Assembly (NCBI GenBank): GCA_036390995.1
Contig: DASWAT010000111.1
Location: forward strand, 378-64,377
Length of the DNA: 64,000 nucleotides
From: Actinomycetota bacterium
Lineage (GTDB): Bacteria > Actinomycetota > UBA4738 > HRBIN12
Direction: 5' to 3'
The stretch's first letter is position 1, and the number at the start of each line of letters is the position of its first letter. Positions 28,240 to 37,698 of this stretch are shown piece after piece. Under the pieces are notes generated by a model that had not been told where the DNA came from, did no database searches, and saw nothing but the letters and a program-made list of their open reading frames with translations. The position numbers were made by a program, and so were the translations under genes.

Positions 28240-29958
28240 CTACGGGGCCGAGGCGAGGAGATCGACCGCGGCCCCGGCGGCGTCCGCCAACGGGGCGGTG
28301 GATCGATCCCCGGAGGCGCGAAGCTTCAGGTCGACCGATCCCGTCTCCACCCCCCGGCGACCCACGACCACCTGGACCGGATACCCGACGAGGTCGGCGT
28401 CGGCGAACTTCACACCTGCGGTCTGTTCGCGGTCGTCGATCACCACCTCGATGCCGAGCTCGCCCAACTCGCCGTAGATGCGCTCGGCCTCGGCGGCCAC
28501 CCGCTCGTCGTCGCGGTTCGCCACCACCACGACGACGTCGAACGGCGCCGTTGCCCTCGGCAGGCGAAGCCCGGCGTCGTCGTGGAACTGCTCGACGGCC
28601 GCCGCAAGGATCCGCGAGATGCCGATCCCGTACGAGCCCATCTGGTAATGGCGCTCCTCGCCGTCCTCGTCCACGAAGCGCGCATCGAGCGGGGCTGAGT
28701 AGATCGTGCCGAGCTGGTAGATGTGCCCGACCACGATGGCCCGCCCGACGTGGAGCGTCGCGCCGTCGACCGGACAGCGATCGCCCTCGCGGAGCGCGAC
28801 CACGTCCTCGAACCGGTCGATCCGGAAGTCGCGCGGCGTGTTCGCCCCCGTCACGTGGCGGTCGGATTCGTTCGCCCCCGTCACCCAGTCCGCCCGCCCG
28901 CGGACGGATGGATCGGCGACGATCGTGACGTCCTCGCCCATCCCCTGCGGGCCGACGAACCCCTTCACGAAGCCGCGCGATGCGAACTCGCCGTCCTCGA
29001 ACCGGCGGATCGTCGTGGGGAAGAACGCGCGCTCGAGCTTGGCCTCTTCGACCTCCCGGTCGCCGGGGACGAGGACCGCGACCGTCCGCCCGCCCGCGTC
29101 GTACAGCATCGTCTTCAGCATCTGCTCTGAGGGACGCCCGAGGAAGCCCGACACCTCTTCGATCGTCGCGGCGCCGGGGGTGTCCACCGTCTCGAGCTCG
29201 GCGAGCCCATCCTGCGACGCCGGCTCGGGCCGCCCGGGCGTCGCCGCTTTCTGGTCGGCGAGGTAGTCGCCGTTCTCGCACTCCACGAACCGGTCCTCCC
29301 CGACGTCCGCGCGGGCCATGAACTCGTGGTTCACACCGCCGCCGATCTGCCCCGGCTCGGCCTCGACGACGACGTAGTCGAGGCCGAGCCGGTCGAAGAT
29401 CCGCCGGTACGCTCGCAGCATGATGTCGTACGAGCGGGCCATGCCCTGCTCGTCTCGATCGAACGTGTACGCGTCCTTCATCAGGAACTCGCGCCCCCGC
29501 AGGAGGCCGAATCGGGGGCGGAACTCGTCCCGGTACTTCCACTCGATCTGGTACAGGTTCACCGGCAGGTCGCGGTACGAGGGCAGTCCCGCGTCCACGA
29601 GCGGCGTCGCGACCTCCTCCTGGGTGGGGCCGAGGAGCATCTCCCGGCCGTGCCGGTCGGTCAGCCGGAACATGAGCTCCCCGTACAGGTCCCACCGGCC
29701 CGTGGCCTTCCACGGCTCGGCCGGGAGCACGATCGGCATCCGGATCTCCTGGGCGCCGGAGACGTCCATCTCCTCCCGGACGATCCGCTCGACCTTCCTC
29801 ATGGCGCGCAGGCCGAGCGGCAGCGTCGTGTAGACGCCGGCGGCCACCTGCCGGATGAACGCCGCGCGGAGGAGGAGGCGATGCGAGGCGATCTCGGCCT
29901 CGGCCGGATCCTCCCGGAGCGTGGGCGCGAACAGCTGCGACAGCCTCATGGGCTCCAC
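28240..29958 (-). CDS. proS: proline--tRNA ligase
   Basis: 572 aa with class II aaRS motifs and a ProRS N-terminus (RLSQLFAPTLREDPAEAEIASHRLLLRAAFIRQVAAGVYTTLPLG). Confidence 0.9.
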   Translation of the reverse strand: MEPMRLSQLFAPTLREDPAEAEIASHRLLLRAAFIRQVAAGVYTTLPLGLRAMRKVERIVREEMDVSGAQEIRMPIVLPAEPWKATGRWDLYGELMFRLTDRHGREMLLGPTQEEVATPLVDAGLPSYRDLPVNLYQIEWKYRDEFRPRFGLLRGREFLMKDAYTFDRDEQGMARSYDIMLRAYRRIFDRLGLDYVVVEAEPGQIGGGVNHEFMARADVGEDRFVECENGDYLADQKAATPGRPEPASQDGLAELETVDTPGAATIEEVSGFLGRPSEQMLKTMLYDAGGRTVAVLVPGDREVEEAKLERAFFPTTIRRFEDGEFASRGFVKGFVGPQGMGEDVTIVADPSVRGRADWVTGANESDRHVTGANTPRDFRIDRFEDVVALREGDRCPVDGATLHVGRAIVVGHIYQLGTIYSAPLDARFVDEDGEERHYQMGSYGIGISRILAAAVEQFHDDAGLRLPRATAPFDVVVVVANRDDERVAAEAERIYGELGELGIEVVIDDREQTAGVKFADADLVGYPVQVVVGRRGVETGSVDLKLRASGDRSTAPLADAAGAAVDLLASAP

Positions 29959-30010
29959 AGGATACCGGCCCGGAGGCCGGTGCTCGCTTGCGGGGAGGAC
30001 GCCGCCGGGC

Positions 30011-31615
30011 TCAGGCGTGGGTCACGACGTCGACGGTCTCCTGCCAATCCTGGGTCGGCCCGTCACCGTCGGCCTTCGCGTACTGGTTGATCATCACGAT
30101 CTGCGACGGGTCGGACGGGTTGCGGGCGATGCCGTTGAAGTCGCCCCAGCGCTCGGGCCCCCGGGTCGCCTCGAATCGGGCGGTCCCGGGAGCCAGCTCC
30201 GTGAGCGTCGCCTGGGTCGTCCCCGGTGGGATCTCGGCGGCCCACGCCGACAGGTACTCGTGCGTGAGCGCGCCGGCTCGGCTGTACGTGACGAACAGGT
30301 TGCCGGATCCGTCCGTGGCGACCACCGGCCACCCCGCGTCCGTCTCCGGGGTTCCGACGATGCCCTGGCGGCTCAGCGACGAGGCTCGGAGCCGGCCCAT
30401 CGGCGCCACCTCGTACCACCGGATCGCGGCCTCCGGGTACCCTCCGGGCCGCGTGTCCGGGCGGAGGTTGCGGAAGATGACGTGCGCGGCGTACAGACGG
30501 TCGAGGTCGGCGTCGTAGAAGGCGTTGATCAGCCGCAGGTCGCCGGGGTCCCACCAGGTGTTCGCCTTCTTCAGGCTGCCGTCTCCCTGTGTACCGAACG
30601 GAGAGATGCCCACGTTGGCCACCGGCAGATCGGCGCGCTGGAGCTGGAGGCCCGAGGCTCGCTCCTTCAGCCTCCATACGATGAGGGAAGAGGCCCGTCG
30701 ATCGCGCTCGAAGGACAGGAAGTACTGCATGGCCGGGGCCGTCCCCGCGCTCTGCGCCGGCTGGATGGTGAACGCGGCCGTGCGGTCGGGGTTCCTGGTG
30801 GCCGCCCCGGCGAACCGGTCGAAGGCGGTCGGCTGCGTGCAGTCGTAGAGGCTGGTCTTCGGGAACGAGAGGATCTGGGCGTAGTCGAACGCGAGATGCT
30901 CGAAGTCGAACTGGTTCGTGGTCACGACCACCCGGTCGGCGTCGTAGCCGAGTCCCGGGTAGTCGGCCCACTGGCGGCCGTCCCGCCGGACCTGATCGGC
31001 CTTCATGCGCCGGGCGCACCACGTCGCGGGGTCGTTCGCGGTGGCGTCGGGGACCGTCACCATCTGGATCCAGCTCCGGCGCAGGCCGTCGTTCACCGCC
31101 AGGTACACCAGCACGAACGTCTGTCCGTACGGGTCGTAGACGACCTTCGGGTCGAAGATCTGGGTGCCCGAGGGGTACGTGAAGAACGGCTCGAACGAGG
31201 TGGGGGGTATCACCGGGGTCCCGGTGAGGTCGTACAGGGCGTACGAGGTGTTCACGGCGGTGAGGATCCACTGGGAGCCCATGGCGCCACTCGGATCGGC
31301 CGGCCAGTTCGGCCCGGTCCTGGGGATGGCGTCGAAGTGGAGGCCCGAGACCGGGGTGCGCGGCGAGGGCCGAGCCTCGGTCGCGCGGCCGAGCGGATGC
31401 CGATCCGACGAAACGGGGTAGCTCCCGCGCAGCAGCGGCCGCACCGTCCTCGAGGGCACGATCGACGGTGCGGGGACGAACGTCCGGTGCCAGAGGCGGG
31501 CGGGGGCTGGGTCCCGGGGAACGACGCCTGCGGCGAGCGCCGGCGGGGGCAGCGACAGCAACGACACCGCCGTGCTTGCCGCCAGTGCCAGGCGAAGTGC
31601 TGCAGGTGGACGCAT
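30011..31615 (-). CDS. secreted hypothetical protein (about 534 aa) with an N-terminal signal peptide
   Basis: Signal peptide MRPPAALRLALAASTAVSLLSLPPPALA. The ATG is preceded by AGGAGA at 5 nt. The long Arg-rich upstream extension in the track ORF is likely non-coding. No recognised catalytic motifs; the Gly/Trp/Asp-rich body might be a beta-propeller. Confidence 0.55.
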   Translation of the reverse strand: MRPPAALRLALAASTAVSLLSLPPPALAAGVVPRDPAPARLWHRTFVPAPSIVPSRTVRPLLRGSYPVSSDRHPLGRATEARPSPRTPVSGLHFDAIPRTGPNWPADPSGAMGSQWILTAVNTSYALYDLTGTPVIPPTSFEPFFTYPSGTQIFDPKVVYDPYGQTFVLVYLAVNDGLRRSWIQMVTVPDATANDPATWCARRMKADQVRRDGRQWADYPGLGYDADRVVVTTNQFDFEHLAFDYAQILSFPKTSLYDCTQPTAFDRFAGAATRNPDRTAAFTIQPAQSAGTAPAMQYFLSFERDRRASSLIVWRLKERASGLQLQRADLPVANVGISPFGTQGDGSLKKANTWWDPGDLRLINAFYDADLDRLYAAHVIFRNLRPDTRPGGYPEAAIRWYEVAPMGRLRASSLSRQGIVGTPETDAGWPVVATDGSGNLFVTYSRAGALTHEYLSAWAAEIPPGTTQATLTELAPGTARFEATRGPERWGDFNGIARNPSDPSQIVMINQYAKADGDGPTQDWQETVDVVTHA

Positions 31616-31742
31616 CGATGTCTCCTGAGGGATCGCGGGCGGGGTGAGCGAGACGGTATCCGAAAGGGAGAACGCCGTCCAGTGTCCGGGGTTGTGCGGA
31701 CGTTGACGGCGGCGGCGCCCACACCGCACAATCGTCGCCACG

Positions 31743-31808
31743 ATGAGCTGCGCGATCCACTGGTCCTGGCCTTGGGGCTCGAGGAGCCCGGAGCCGGCGC
31801 GCGCCTGA
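31743..31808 (+). CDS. trp operon leader peptide (21 aa, three Trp codons within five codons)
   Basis: Reads atg agc tgc gcg atc cac tgg tcc tgg cct tgg ggc ..., i.e. MSCAIHWSWPWGSRSPEPARA. It sits in the 269-nt region just upstream of trpE, with a GC hairpin following. Confidence 0.6.
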   Translation: MSCAIHWSWPWGSRSPEPARA

Positions 31809-31836
31809 ACATCGTCACGACAGGTTCGACCGAAGA

Positions 31837-31868
31837 AGCCCCGGGCGGCGCCCGGGGCTTCACGTTGC
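31837..31868 (+). terminator. putative attenuator hairpin between the trp leader peptide and trpE
   Basis: agccccgggcggcgcccggggct forms an 8-bp GC stem, followed by ttcacgtt. The trpE RBS (GAGGAGGA) lies immediately downstream. Confidence 0.4.
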
Positions 31869-31884
31869 CACGAGGAGGACGCAG

Positions 31885-33387
31885 GTGCGGGTTCGACCCG
31901 ACCGCGGGACGTTCGACGGGCTGGGCACCGCTTGGCCGCTCGTTCCGATGTGGACGGAACTGCTCGCCGACGTCTCGACGCCCGTCGGTGTGTTTCCGGC
32001 ACTGGCCTCGGACGGTCCCGGCATCCTGTTGGAGAGCGTGGAGCGCTCGGAGCGGTGGGGGCGGTTCTCGTTCGCGGCCGGCGATCCTGCTGCGATCGTC
32101 CTTGCGGGGCCCGACGGCGTCGAGGTCACCGAGGTGCGCCGTGAGCGACTCCCGGTGGCGGTCCCCGAACCCGGCATGCCGGTTCGGGCCGCGCTTCGAG
32201 CGGTCGCGGACTCCCTGGCGGCCCCGCGATCCTCCGAGCTCCCCTCCCTTACCGGCGGCCTCATGGGCTACCTCGCGTATGAGGCCGCGCGGTTGCTGGA
32301 CGGCCACCCCGCGCCCGCCGTGGCCGATGCGCCGTGCCCGCCGATCGGGCTGTTGGTCGTGGACCGAGCGGTCGTCTTCGACCACTGGCGCCAGCGCTTG
32401 CTTTTGGTCGCCCACGTCCCGCCCGGCGCGTACGACGTCGGCGTGGAGGCGCTTGAGGCGCTCGCGGCGACCGTACGGGCAGCCGCCCCTCCCCCTCCGG
32501 AGCCCTTCCACCCCTTCGACGTGCCAACGGCAGCCACGGACGAGGGGAGTCCGAACATGGACGACGCACGGTACCGGCGGATCGTCGCCGACTTCAAGGA
32601 TCACATCCTCGCCGGTGACATCTACCAGGCAGTCCCTTCGCGGCGCGTGTCGTTCCCGGCAGCGGCCGGCGGCTACCCCGTCTACCGCCGGCTCCGCGTG
32701 ACGAACCCTGCGCCCTACATGTTCTTCGTGCGGATGCTCGGCATGGAGCTCGCAGGCTCCTCGCCCGAGCCGCTCGTGCGGGTCGAGGGTCGGCGGGTGT
32801 CTACCCGACCCATCGCCGGCACGCGGCCTCGAGGACGAACCGAGGTCCGCGACCGGCTCCTCGAGCACGAGCTCCTGGCCGACCCGAAGGAACAGGCCGA
32901 ACATGCGATGCTGGTGGATCTGGCCCGGAACGACCTCGGCCGCGTGTGCCGTCCGGGCAGCGTTCGCCCCACGGAGCTGATGGTCGTCGAACGGTTCTCG
33001 AAGGTCATGCACATCGTGAGCACGGTGGAGGGCGAGCTGGCGGAGGGACAGGACGCCTTCGATGCCCTCGCCGTCACGTTCCCGGCGGGGACCGTGACCG
33101 GCGCGCCGAAGCGCCGGGCCATGGAGCTGATCGCGGATGCGGAGCCCACACCGCGCGGGCCGTACGCGGGGGCGGTCGGTTACCGGACCTTCGCCGGGGA
33201 CCTCGACTTCTGCATCACGATCCGGACCGCGGTGGTGAGCGGTGGAACCGCCCACGTCCAAACCGGCGCCGGCGTCGTGGCCGACTCGGACCCGGATGCC
33301 GAGCTCCGCGAGACGAAGGCGAAGGCGGCGGGGCTCCTGCCCGCCGTGGTCGCCGAGCCGGCGGAGATGGGAGACACGCCCGCATGA
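31885..33387 (+). CDS. trpE: anthranilate synthase component I
   Basis: 500 aa in the chorismate-binding enzyme family, with LLESVERSERWGRFSF near the N-terminus and a GAVGY...FCITIRTAV C-terminal region. The upstream Trp leader supports TrpE over PabB. Confidence 0.8.
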   Translation: MRVRPDRGTFDGLGTAWPLVPMWTELLADVSTPVGVFPALASDGPGILLESVERSERWGRFSFAAGDPAAIVLAGPDGVEVTEVRRERLPVAVPEPGMPVRAALRAVADSLAAPRSSELPSLTGGLMGYLAYEAARLLDGHPAPAVADAPCPPIGLLVVDRAVVFDHWRQRLLLVAHVPPGAYDVGVEALEALAATVRAAAPPPPEPFHPFDVPTAATDEGSPNMDDARYRRIVADFKDHILAGDIYQAVPSRRVSFPAAAGGYPVYRRLRVTNPAPYMFFVRMLGMELAGSSPEPLVRVEGRRVSTRPIAGTRPRGRTEVRDRLLEHELLADPKEQAEHAMLVDLARNDLGRVCRPGSVRPTELMVVERFSKVMHIVSTVEGELAEGQDAFDALAVTFPAGTVTGAPKRRAMELIADAEPTPRGPYAGAVGYRTFAGDLDFCITIRTAVVSGGTAHVQTGAGVVADSDPDAELRETKAKAAGLLPAVVAEPAEMGDTPA

Positions 33388-33950
33388 TCCTGGTCGTCGA
33401 CCACTACGACTCCTTCACGTACAACCTCGTCCAGTTGGTCGAGAGCCTCGGCTACCCGACCATGGTCGTGAAGAGCGACGCAGAGCCGGCAGAGGCCCTC
33501 GTGGACCGGCGCCCGGACGCGGTGATCCTCTCCCCCGGCCCCGGCCGGCCCGAGGACGCCGGGTGCTTCCTCGACCTCCTGCGCCTGCTCCCGGCCGAGA
33601 CGCCGGTGCTCGGGGTGTGCCTGGGCCACCAGGCCCTCGGCATGCATCTGGGCGGCCGAGTGGATCGAGCCGCGCCGATGCACGGGAAGGCCTCGCTCGT
33701 GTACCACGACGGCGCTGGGATACTCGAGGGCGTGGCCAGTCCCTTCGAGGCCGGGCGGTACCACTCCCTGGTGGTCACCCGGGACAGCCTGCCCGCCGAA
33801 CTCGCCCTCACCGCCTGGACCGAGGACGGGGTGGTCATGGCCACCCAGCATCGCGAGCTCCCCCGGTTCGGCGTCCAGTTCCACCCCGAGTCCATCCTGA
33901 CCCCCGAGGGTCCGGCGATCGTCGAACGCTTCCTTCGCGTAGCCCGCTGA
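33384..33950 (+). CDS. trpG: anthranilate synthase component II (class I glutamine amidotransferase)
   Basis: The ATG overlaps the trpE stop (ATGA). It carries the triad-type GATase signature GVCLGHQ and a HPES C-terminal motif. Length is 188 aa. Confidence 0.8.
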   Translation: MILVVDHYDSFTYNLVQLVESLGYPTMVVKSDAEPAEALVDRRPDAVILSPGPGRPEDAGCFLDLLRLLPAETPVLGVCLGHQALGMHLGGRVDRAAPMHGKASLVYHDGAGILEGVASPFEAGRYHSLVVTRDSLPAELALTAWTEDGVVMATQHRELPRFGVQFHPESILTPEGPAIVERFLRVAR

Positions 33951-33967
33951 CCCGAAGGAACCGCAGG

Positions 33968-33984
33968 TAGTCTGGGCCAGACTA
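33968..33984. terminator. short inverted repeat between convergent trpG and ispG
   Basis: tagtctgggccagacta forms a 7-bp stem with a 3-nt loop. It overlaps the ispG stop codon. It is weak and has no clear U-tract. Confidence 0.25.
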
Positions 33985-35088
33985 GTTGTCGACGGGCGCG
34001 GTCGTTGCCGCAGCCGCTCGTTCGGCCGCGATCCGCTCGGCCTCCTCAACCAGGACCTCGACGAACCGGTCCTCGGGGACCTTGCCCTTCACCTCGCCCT
34101 TCACGATGAGGAATCCCTGACCCTTGCCCGCCGCGATCCCGAGGTCGGCCTCCCGAGCCTCGCCGGGCCCGTTCACCACGCAGCCCATGACGGCCACCCG
34201 GATGGGGGCCTTGATCCCCCGGCGCTCCAGCTCCTCCTGGACCTGCTTCGTGAGCCCGAGCACGTCGACCTCGGCCCGCCCGCACGAGGGGCACGCCACG
34301 AGGTCCAGGCCCCGCTTGCGCAACCCGAGCGACTGGAGGATCCACGTGCCGACCTTGACCTCCTCCACCGGATCGTCGGTGAGAGAGACCCGGATCGTGT
34401 CCCCGATCCCCTCGGCCAGCAGCGCGCCGATCCCGACGGCGTTCTTGAGGCCCCCCATCGGCATGGGACCCGCTTCGGTGACGCCGAGGTGCAGGGGGTA
34501 GTCGCACTTCTCGGCCAGCATCCGATACGCCGGGATCATCACCCGCGGGCTGGAGTGCTTCACCGAGATCTTGATGTCGAAGAAGTCCTCGTCCTCCAGG
34601 ATCCGGACCTCGTTCAGGGCGCTCTCGACGAGGGCCTCCGGCGTGGGTCCGCCGTGCTTGGCGAGCAGGTCCTTCTCCAGGGATCCGGCGTTCACGCCGA
34701 TCCGGATCGGCACGCCCCTGGCCTTCGCCTCGTGGGCGATGAGCCGGACCTTGTCGTGGTACTTGATGTTGCCGGGGTTGATCCGCAGCCCCTGAACCCC
34801 CGCCTCAAGCGCCGCGATCGCGTATTTCCACTGGAAGTGGATGTCGGCCACCACCGGGATCGTCGACTTCGACGCGATGGCCGGCAGGGCTTCGGCGTCC
34901 TCCCAGTGCGGCACGGCGACCCGGACGATCTCGCACCCGGCCGCCACGAGCGAGGCGATCTGCTGCAGCGTCGCGTTGACGTCGGCCGTCTTCGTGATGG
35001 TCATCGACTGCACACGGATGGGCGCGTCGCCGCCGATCGTCACGTCGCCGAGCCGGACCTGCCGGGACTTCCGTCGCGTGGTGAGCAT
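33982..35088 (-). CDS. ispG: 4-hydroxy-3-methylbut-2-en-1-yl diphosphate synthase (flavodoxin)
   Basis: IspG/GcpE TIM-barrel sequence plus a 4Fe-4S domain with CPSCGR...[10 protein letters not shown] chose the internal Met start [20 protein letters not shown]. Confidence 0.9.
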   Translation of the reverse strand: MLTTRRKSRQVRLGDVTIGGDAPIRVQSMTITKTADVNATLQQIASLVAAGCEIVRVAVPHWEDAEALPAIASKSTIPVVADIHFQWKYAIAALEAGVQGLRINPGNIKYHDKVRLIAHEAKARGVPIRIGVNAGSLEKDLLAKHGGPTPEALVESALNEVRILEDEDFFDIKISVKHSSPRVMIPAYRMLAEKCDYPLHLGVTEAGPMPMGGLKNAVGIGALLAEGIGDTIRVSLTDDPVEEVKVGTWILQSLGLRKRGLDLVACPSCGRAEVDVLGLTKQVQEELERRGIKAPIRVAVMGCVVNGPGEAREADLGIAAGKGQGFLIVKGEVKGKVPEDRFVEVLVEEAERIAAERAAAATTAPVDN

Positions 35089-35110
35089 CGCGTCCAGGCT
35101 ACCGCTCGCT

Positions 35111-35560
35111 TCACGCGCCGAACACGTGGAAGACGACCTGGCGCGCCTTCGGCTCGTCCATCTCGAACAGCAACAGCCGCTGCCACCGACCGAACATCGG
35201 CTCACCGGAGGTCACGGGGATCGCATGCGAGGAGGCCGAGAGCAGCATCGACTTCACGTGCGAATGGCCGTTGCGGCGCTCGTGGCTCTCGTCCAGGTTC
35301 TGCGTCCGGCGGTCGAGATCGTCGTGCGCGTAGTACGCGTCCTCCGGCACCAGGTGGAGCAGACGGTTCCGGAAGTCCTCCAGCGCGCCCTCCTCCCACT
35401 CGTTGATGAGGAGCGCGCACGTGGTGTGGGCGCAGAACGCGACGGCGGCGCCCTCGGTGACCCCGGAGTCCTTGATGGCGCGCTGCAGGTCCTCCGTGAG
35501 GTCCACGTAGCCGTACCGGCTGGGAACCTCCACCTCGACGGTTACGGTCGACGACTTCAC
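35111..35560 (-). CDS. YjbQ/UPF0047 family (secondary thiamine-phosphate synthase-like) protein
   Basis: 149 aa. The GTG start is preceded by AAGGAGGG and overlaps the histidine-kinase stop (GTGA). The YjbQ signature reads [11 protein letters not shown]...[12 protein letters not shown]. Confidence 0.7.
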   Translation of the reverse strand: MKSSTVTVEVEVPSRYGYVDLTEDLQRAIKDSGVTEGAAVAFCAHTTCALLINEWEEGALEDFRNRLLHLVPEDAYYAHDDLDRRTQNLDESHERRNGHSHVKSMLLSASSHAIPVTSGEPMFGRWQRLLLFEMDEPKARQVVFHVFGA

Positions 35561-36918
35561 GAGGCCCTCCTTGTCTCGGCCGCGGGTGCGACCGGTAGCT
35601 CGAACGCGAACGTGCTCCCCTTGCCGACCTCGCTGTCGGCATGGATCCGGCCGCCGTGCGCCTCCACGACGGAGCGTGCGATGGCCAGGCCGATCCCGGT
35701 CCCGCCGTCCTTCTGGGAGCGCGACGGATCTACCCGGTAGAACCGCTCGAACAATCGCGGGAGGTGCTCCGGCGCGATGCCGGGGCCGGTGTCCGTGACG
35801 GACACCTCGCAGGACCCGTTCGCGCGGCGTGCCGACACCACCACGTGACCTCCCGAAGGGGTGAACCGCACTGCGTTGTCCAACAGGTTGAAGAGCACCT
35901 GGTGCACCCGCTCGCGGTCCACGAAGATCGGCGGCAAGTCGTCGGGGACGCGATCGTCGATGGCGACGCCGCGTCCCGACCGCGCGACCTCGATCTCGGA
36001 CAGCACCTGCGACACCAGCGGCCGGAGCGATACCGCCTCCCGCTGGAGCGGCATCTCGCCGGACTCCAGGCGTGAGAGGTCGAGCAGCCGTTCCACCAGC
36101 CGGCCCAGGCGCTCCGATTGCGAAAGCATCACCTGCAGCGTCTCGGGGGCAGGCGGTTCCACGCCGTCGAGGAGGTTCTCCAGGTGCGCGCGGAGCGCCG
36201 AGATCGGCGTCTTCAGCTCGTGGGACACGTTCGCCACCAGGTCGCGGCGCAGCTGCTCGAGGCTCTCGAGCTCGTCGCTCATGCGGTTGAACGCGGCGGC
36301 CAGCTGGCCCACCTCGTCGCGCGAATCCGTGTGCACGCGCTGGCCGTAGTCGCCCCGCTCCATCTTGCGGGCGGCCTGGGCCATGTCGCGCAGCGGCTGC
36401 GTCATGCCCCGCGCGAGCCACCGGGCCAGGCCGAGCGCGACCGCCGCCGCCAAGGCGCCCGCCAGGAGGAACTGCCACCAGAAGTCGGCCAGGAACCGGA
36501 ACGTCGCCCCCACCCTGTCGAACAGCCCGCGTCCCACCGCCGGACGCACCGCGTACACGAGATGGTCGAGCGCTCCGCCGGCCACGACCGGAACGACCGC
36601 ATACTGCAGCTCCGGCGTGGTCCCCACGTGCACGAGCCCGTCCCGGAACCGAGGCAGCGCCGCCGGCGGAGTTCCGGATAAGACGCTCCCGTCCATCCCG
36701 ACGGCCACGACCGTCACGTTCTCCGGCGCGCGCGCCAGGGTCCCCGCAGCGTACCGGCGGGCTGCCGAGAGCAGCTGCAGGCGGTCGGCGTTCTGAGAGG
36801 TTCCTCGGAGCGCGTAGCCCAGCATGAGGAAGATGAGGACGACCGTGATCCCCACCGCGAACACGATGGTCGAGCCGAGCTTCGCGCGGATCGTGGGAAG
36901 CCGATCGAGCGGTCTCAT
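35557..36918 (-). CDS. two-component sensor histidine kinase (TM-HAMP-HisKA-HATPase)
   Basis: H-box (SHELKTPISAL), and N, G1 and G2 boxes (DTGPGIAPEHLPRLFERF, GGTGIGLAIARSVVEAHGG). It has two TM segments. The ATG overlaps the response-regulator stop (ATGA). Confidence 0.85.
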   Translation of the reverse strand: MRPLDRLPTIRAKLGSTIVFAVGITVVLIFLMLGYALRGTSQNADRLQLLSAARRYAAGTLARAPENVTVVAVGMDGSVLSGTPPAALPRFRDGLVHVGTTPELQYAVVPVVAGGALDHLVYAVRPAVGRGLFDRVGATFRFLADFWWQFLLAGALAAAVALGLARWLARGMTQPLRDMAQAARKMERGDYGQRVHTDSRDEVGQLAAAFNRMSDELESLEQLRRDLVANVSHELKTPISALRAHLENLLDGVEPPAPETLQVMLSQSERLGRLVERLLDLSRLESGEMPLQREAVSLRPLVSQVLSEIEVARSGRGVAIDDRVPDDLPPIFVDRERVHQVLFNLLDNAVRFTPSGGHVVVSARRANGSCEVSVTDTGPGIAPEHLPRLFERFYRVDPSRSQKDGGTGIGLAIARSVVEAHGGRIHADSEVGKGSTFAFELPVAPAAETRRAS

Positions 36919-37613
36919 CCGGACTGGTCCTGGAAGGCGTACCCGACGCCGTGGACGGTCCGGATGAACCTCGGCTCCGCACCGTCCTCGCCCAGCTTGC
37001 GCCGGATCCGCGCCACGTGCGAATCCACCACGCGGCCGCCCGCGTAGTCGCGGTAGCCCCACACCCGGTCCATCAGCTGCTCCCGGGTGAAGACCACGCC
37101 GGGCTCCCGGGCCAGCGTGAGCAGGATCTCGAACTCGAGGGGCGTCAGTTGGACCTCGGTGTCGTCGACCGTGACGCGGCGGCGGGACGGATCGACGACC
37201 AGCGCCCCGCGCTCGAGCGACTCGGCCCCGGTCGTGGAGCGGATCCTATCGACCCGCCGAAGGATCGCCCGGACCCGCACCGCCAGCTCGCGGAGCGAGA
37301 AGGGTTTCGTCAGGTAGTCGTCGGCACCCACCGCGAACCCGGCCACCTTGTCGGCCTCCTCGGTCCGGGCGGTCAGCATGAGCACCGGAACCCACCGCTC
37401 GCGCTGGATCTCCTTGCAGACCTCCAGACCGTCCATCCCCGGAAGCATGAGATCCAGCACGACGAGGTCGGGGTGGATCTCGGCCGAGGCCCCGATGGCC
37501 GCGGGGCCGTCGCCGGCCACGACCACCCGGTACCCCTCGCTCTCCAGGCGGGCTCGAACCGCCTCGGCGATCGCCTCCTCGTCGTCCACGACGAGCACGG
37601 TCTGCTGGGACAC
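36915..37613 (-). CDS. OmpR-family response regulator
   Basis: Receiver domain (LVVDDEEAIAEA, DLVVLDLMLPGMDGLEVC) plus a winged-helix trans_reg_C domain (TVHGVGYAF). Confidence 0.9.
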   Translation of the reverse strand: MSQQTVLVVDDEEAIAEAVRARLESEGYRVVVAGDGPAAIGASAEIHPDLVVLDLMLPGMDGLEVCKEIQRERWVPVLMLTARTEEADKVAGFAVGADDYLTKPFSLRELAVRVRAILRRVDRIRSTTGAESLERGALVVDPSRRRVTVDDTEVQLTPLEFEILLTLAREPGVVFTREQLMDRVWGYRDYAGGRVVDSHVARIRRKLGEDGAEPRFIRTVHGVGYAFQDQSG

Positions 37614-37698
37614 GCCAGCAATCGTATCCGCAGCGTGTGGCAGACCCCCGGGGGGCGTGTTGAGAACTTGTGTCAGCGTGCGCCCCCGGCGCTCCGGC

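Noticed and set aside
31885-33950. Interpreting the TrpE/TrpG-like pair as PabB/PabA (aminodeoxychorismate synthase)
   Set aside because: A leader peptide with three clustered Trp codons and an attenuator-like hairpin lies directly upstream, which points to tryptophan regulation and hence anthranilate synthase. PabB cannot be fully excluded without phylogeny.
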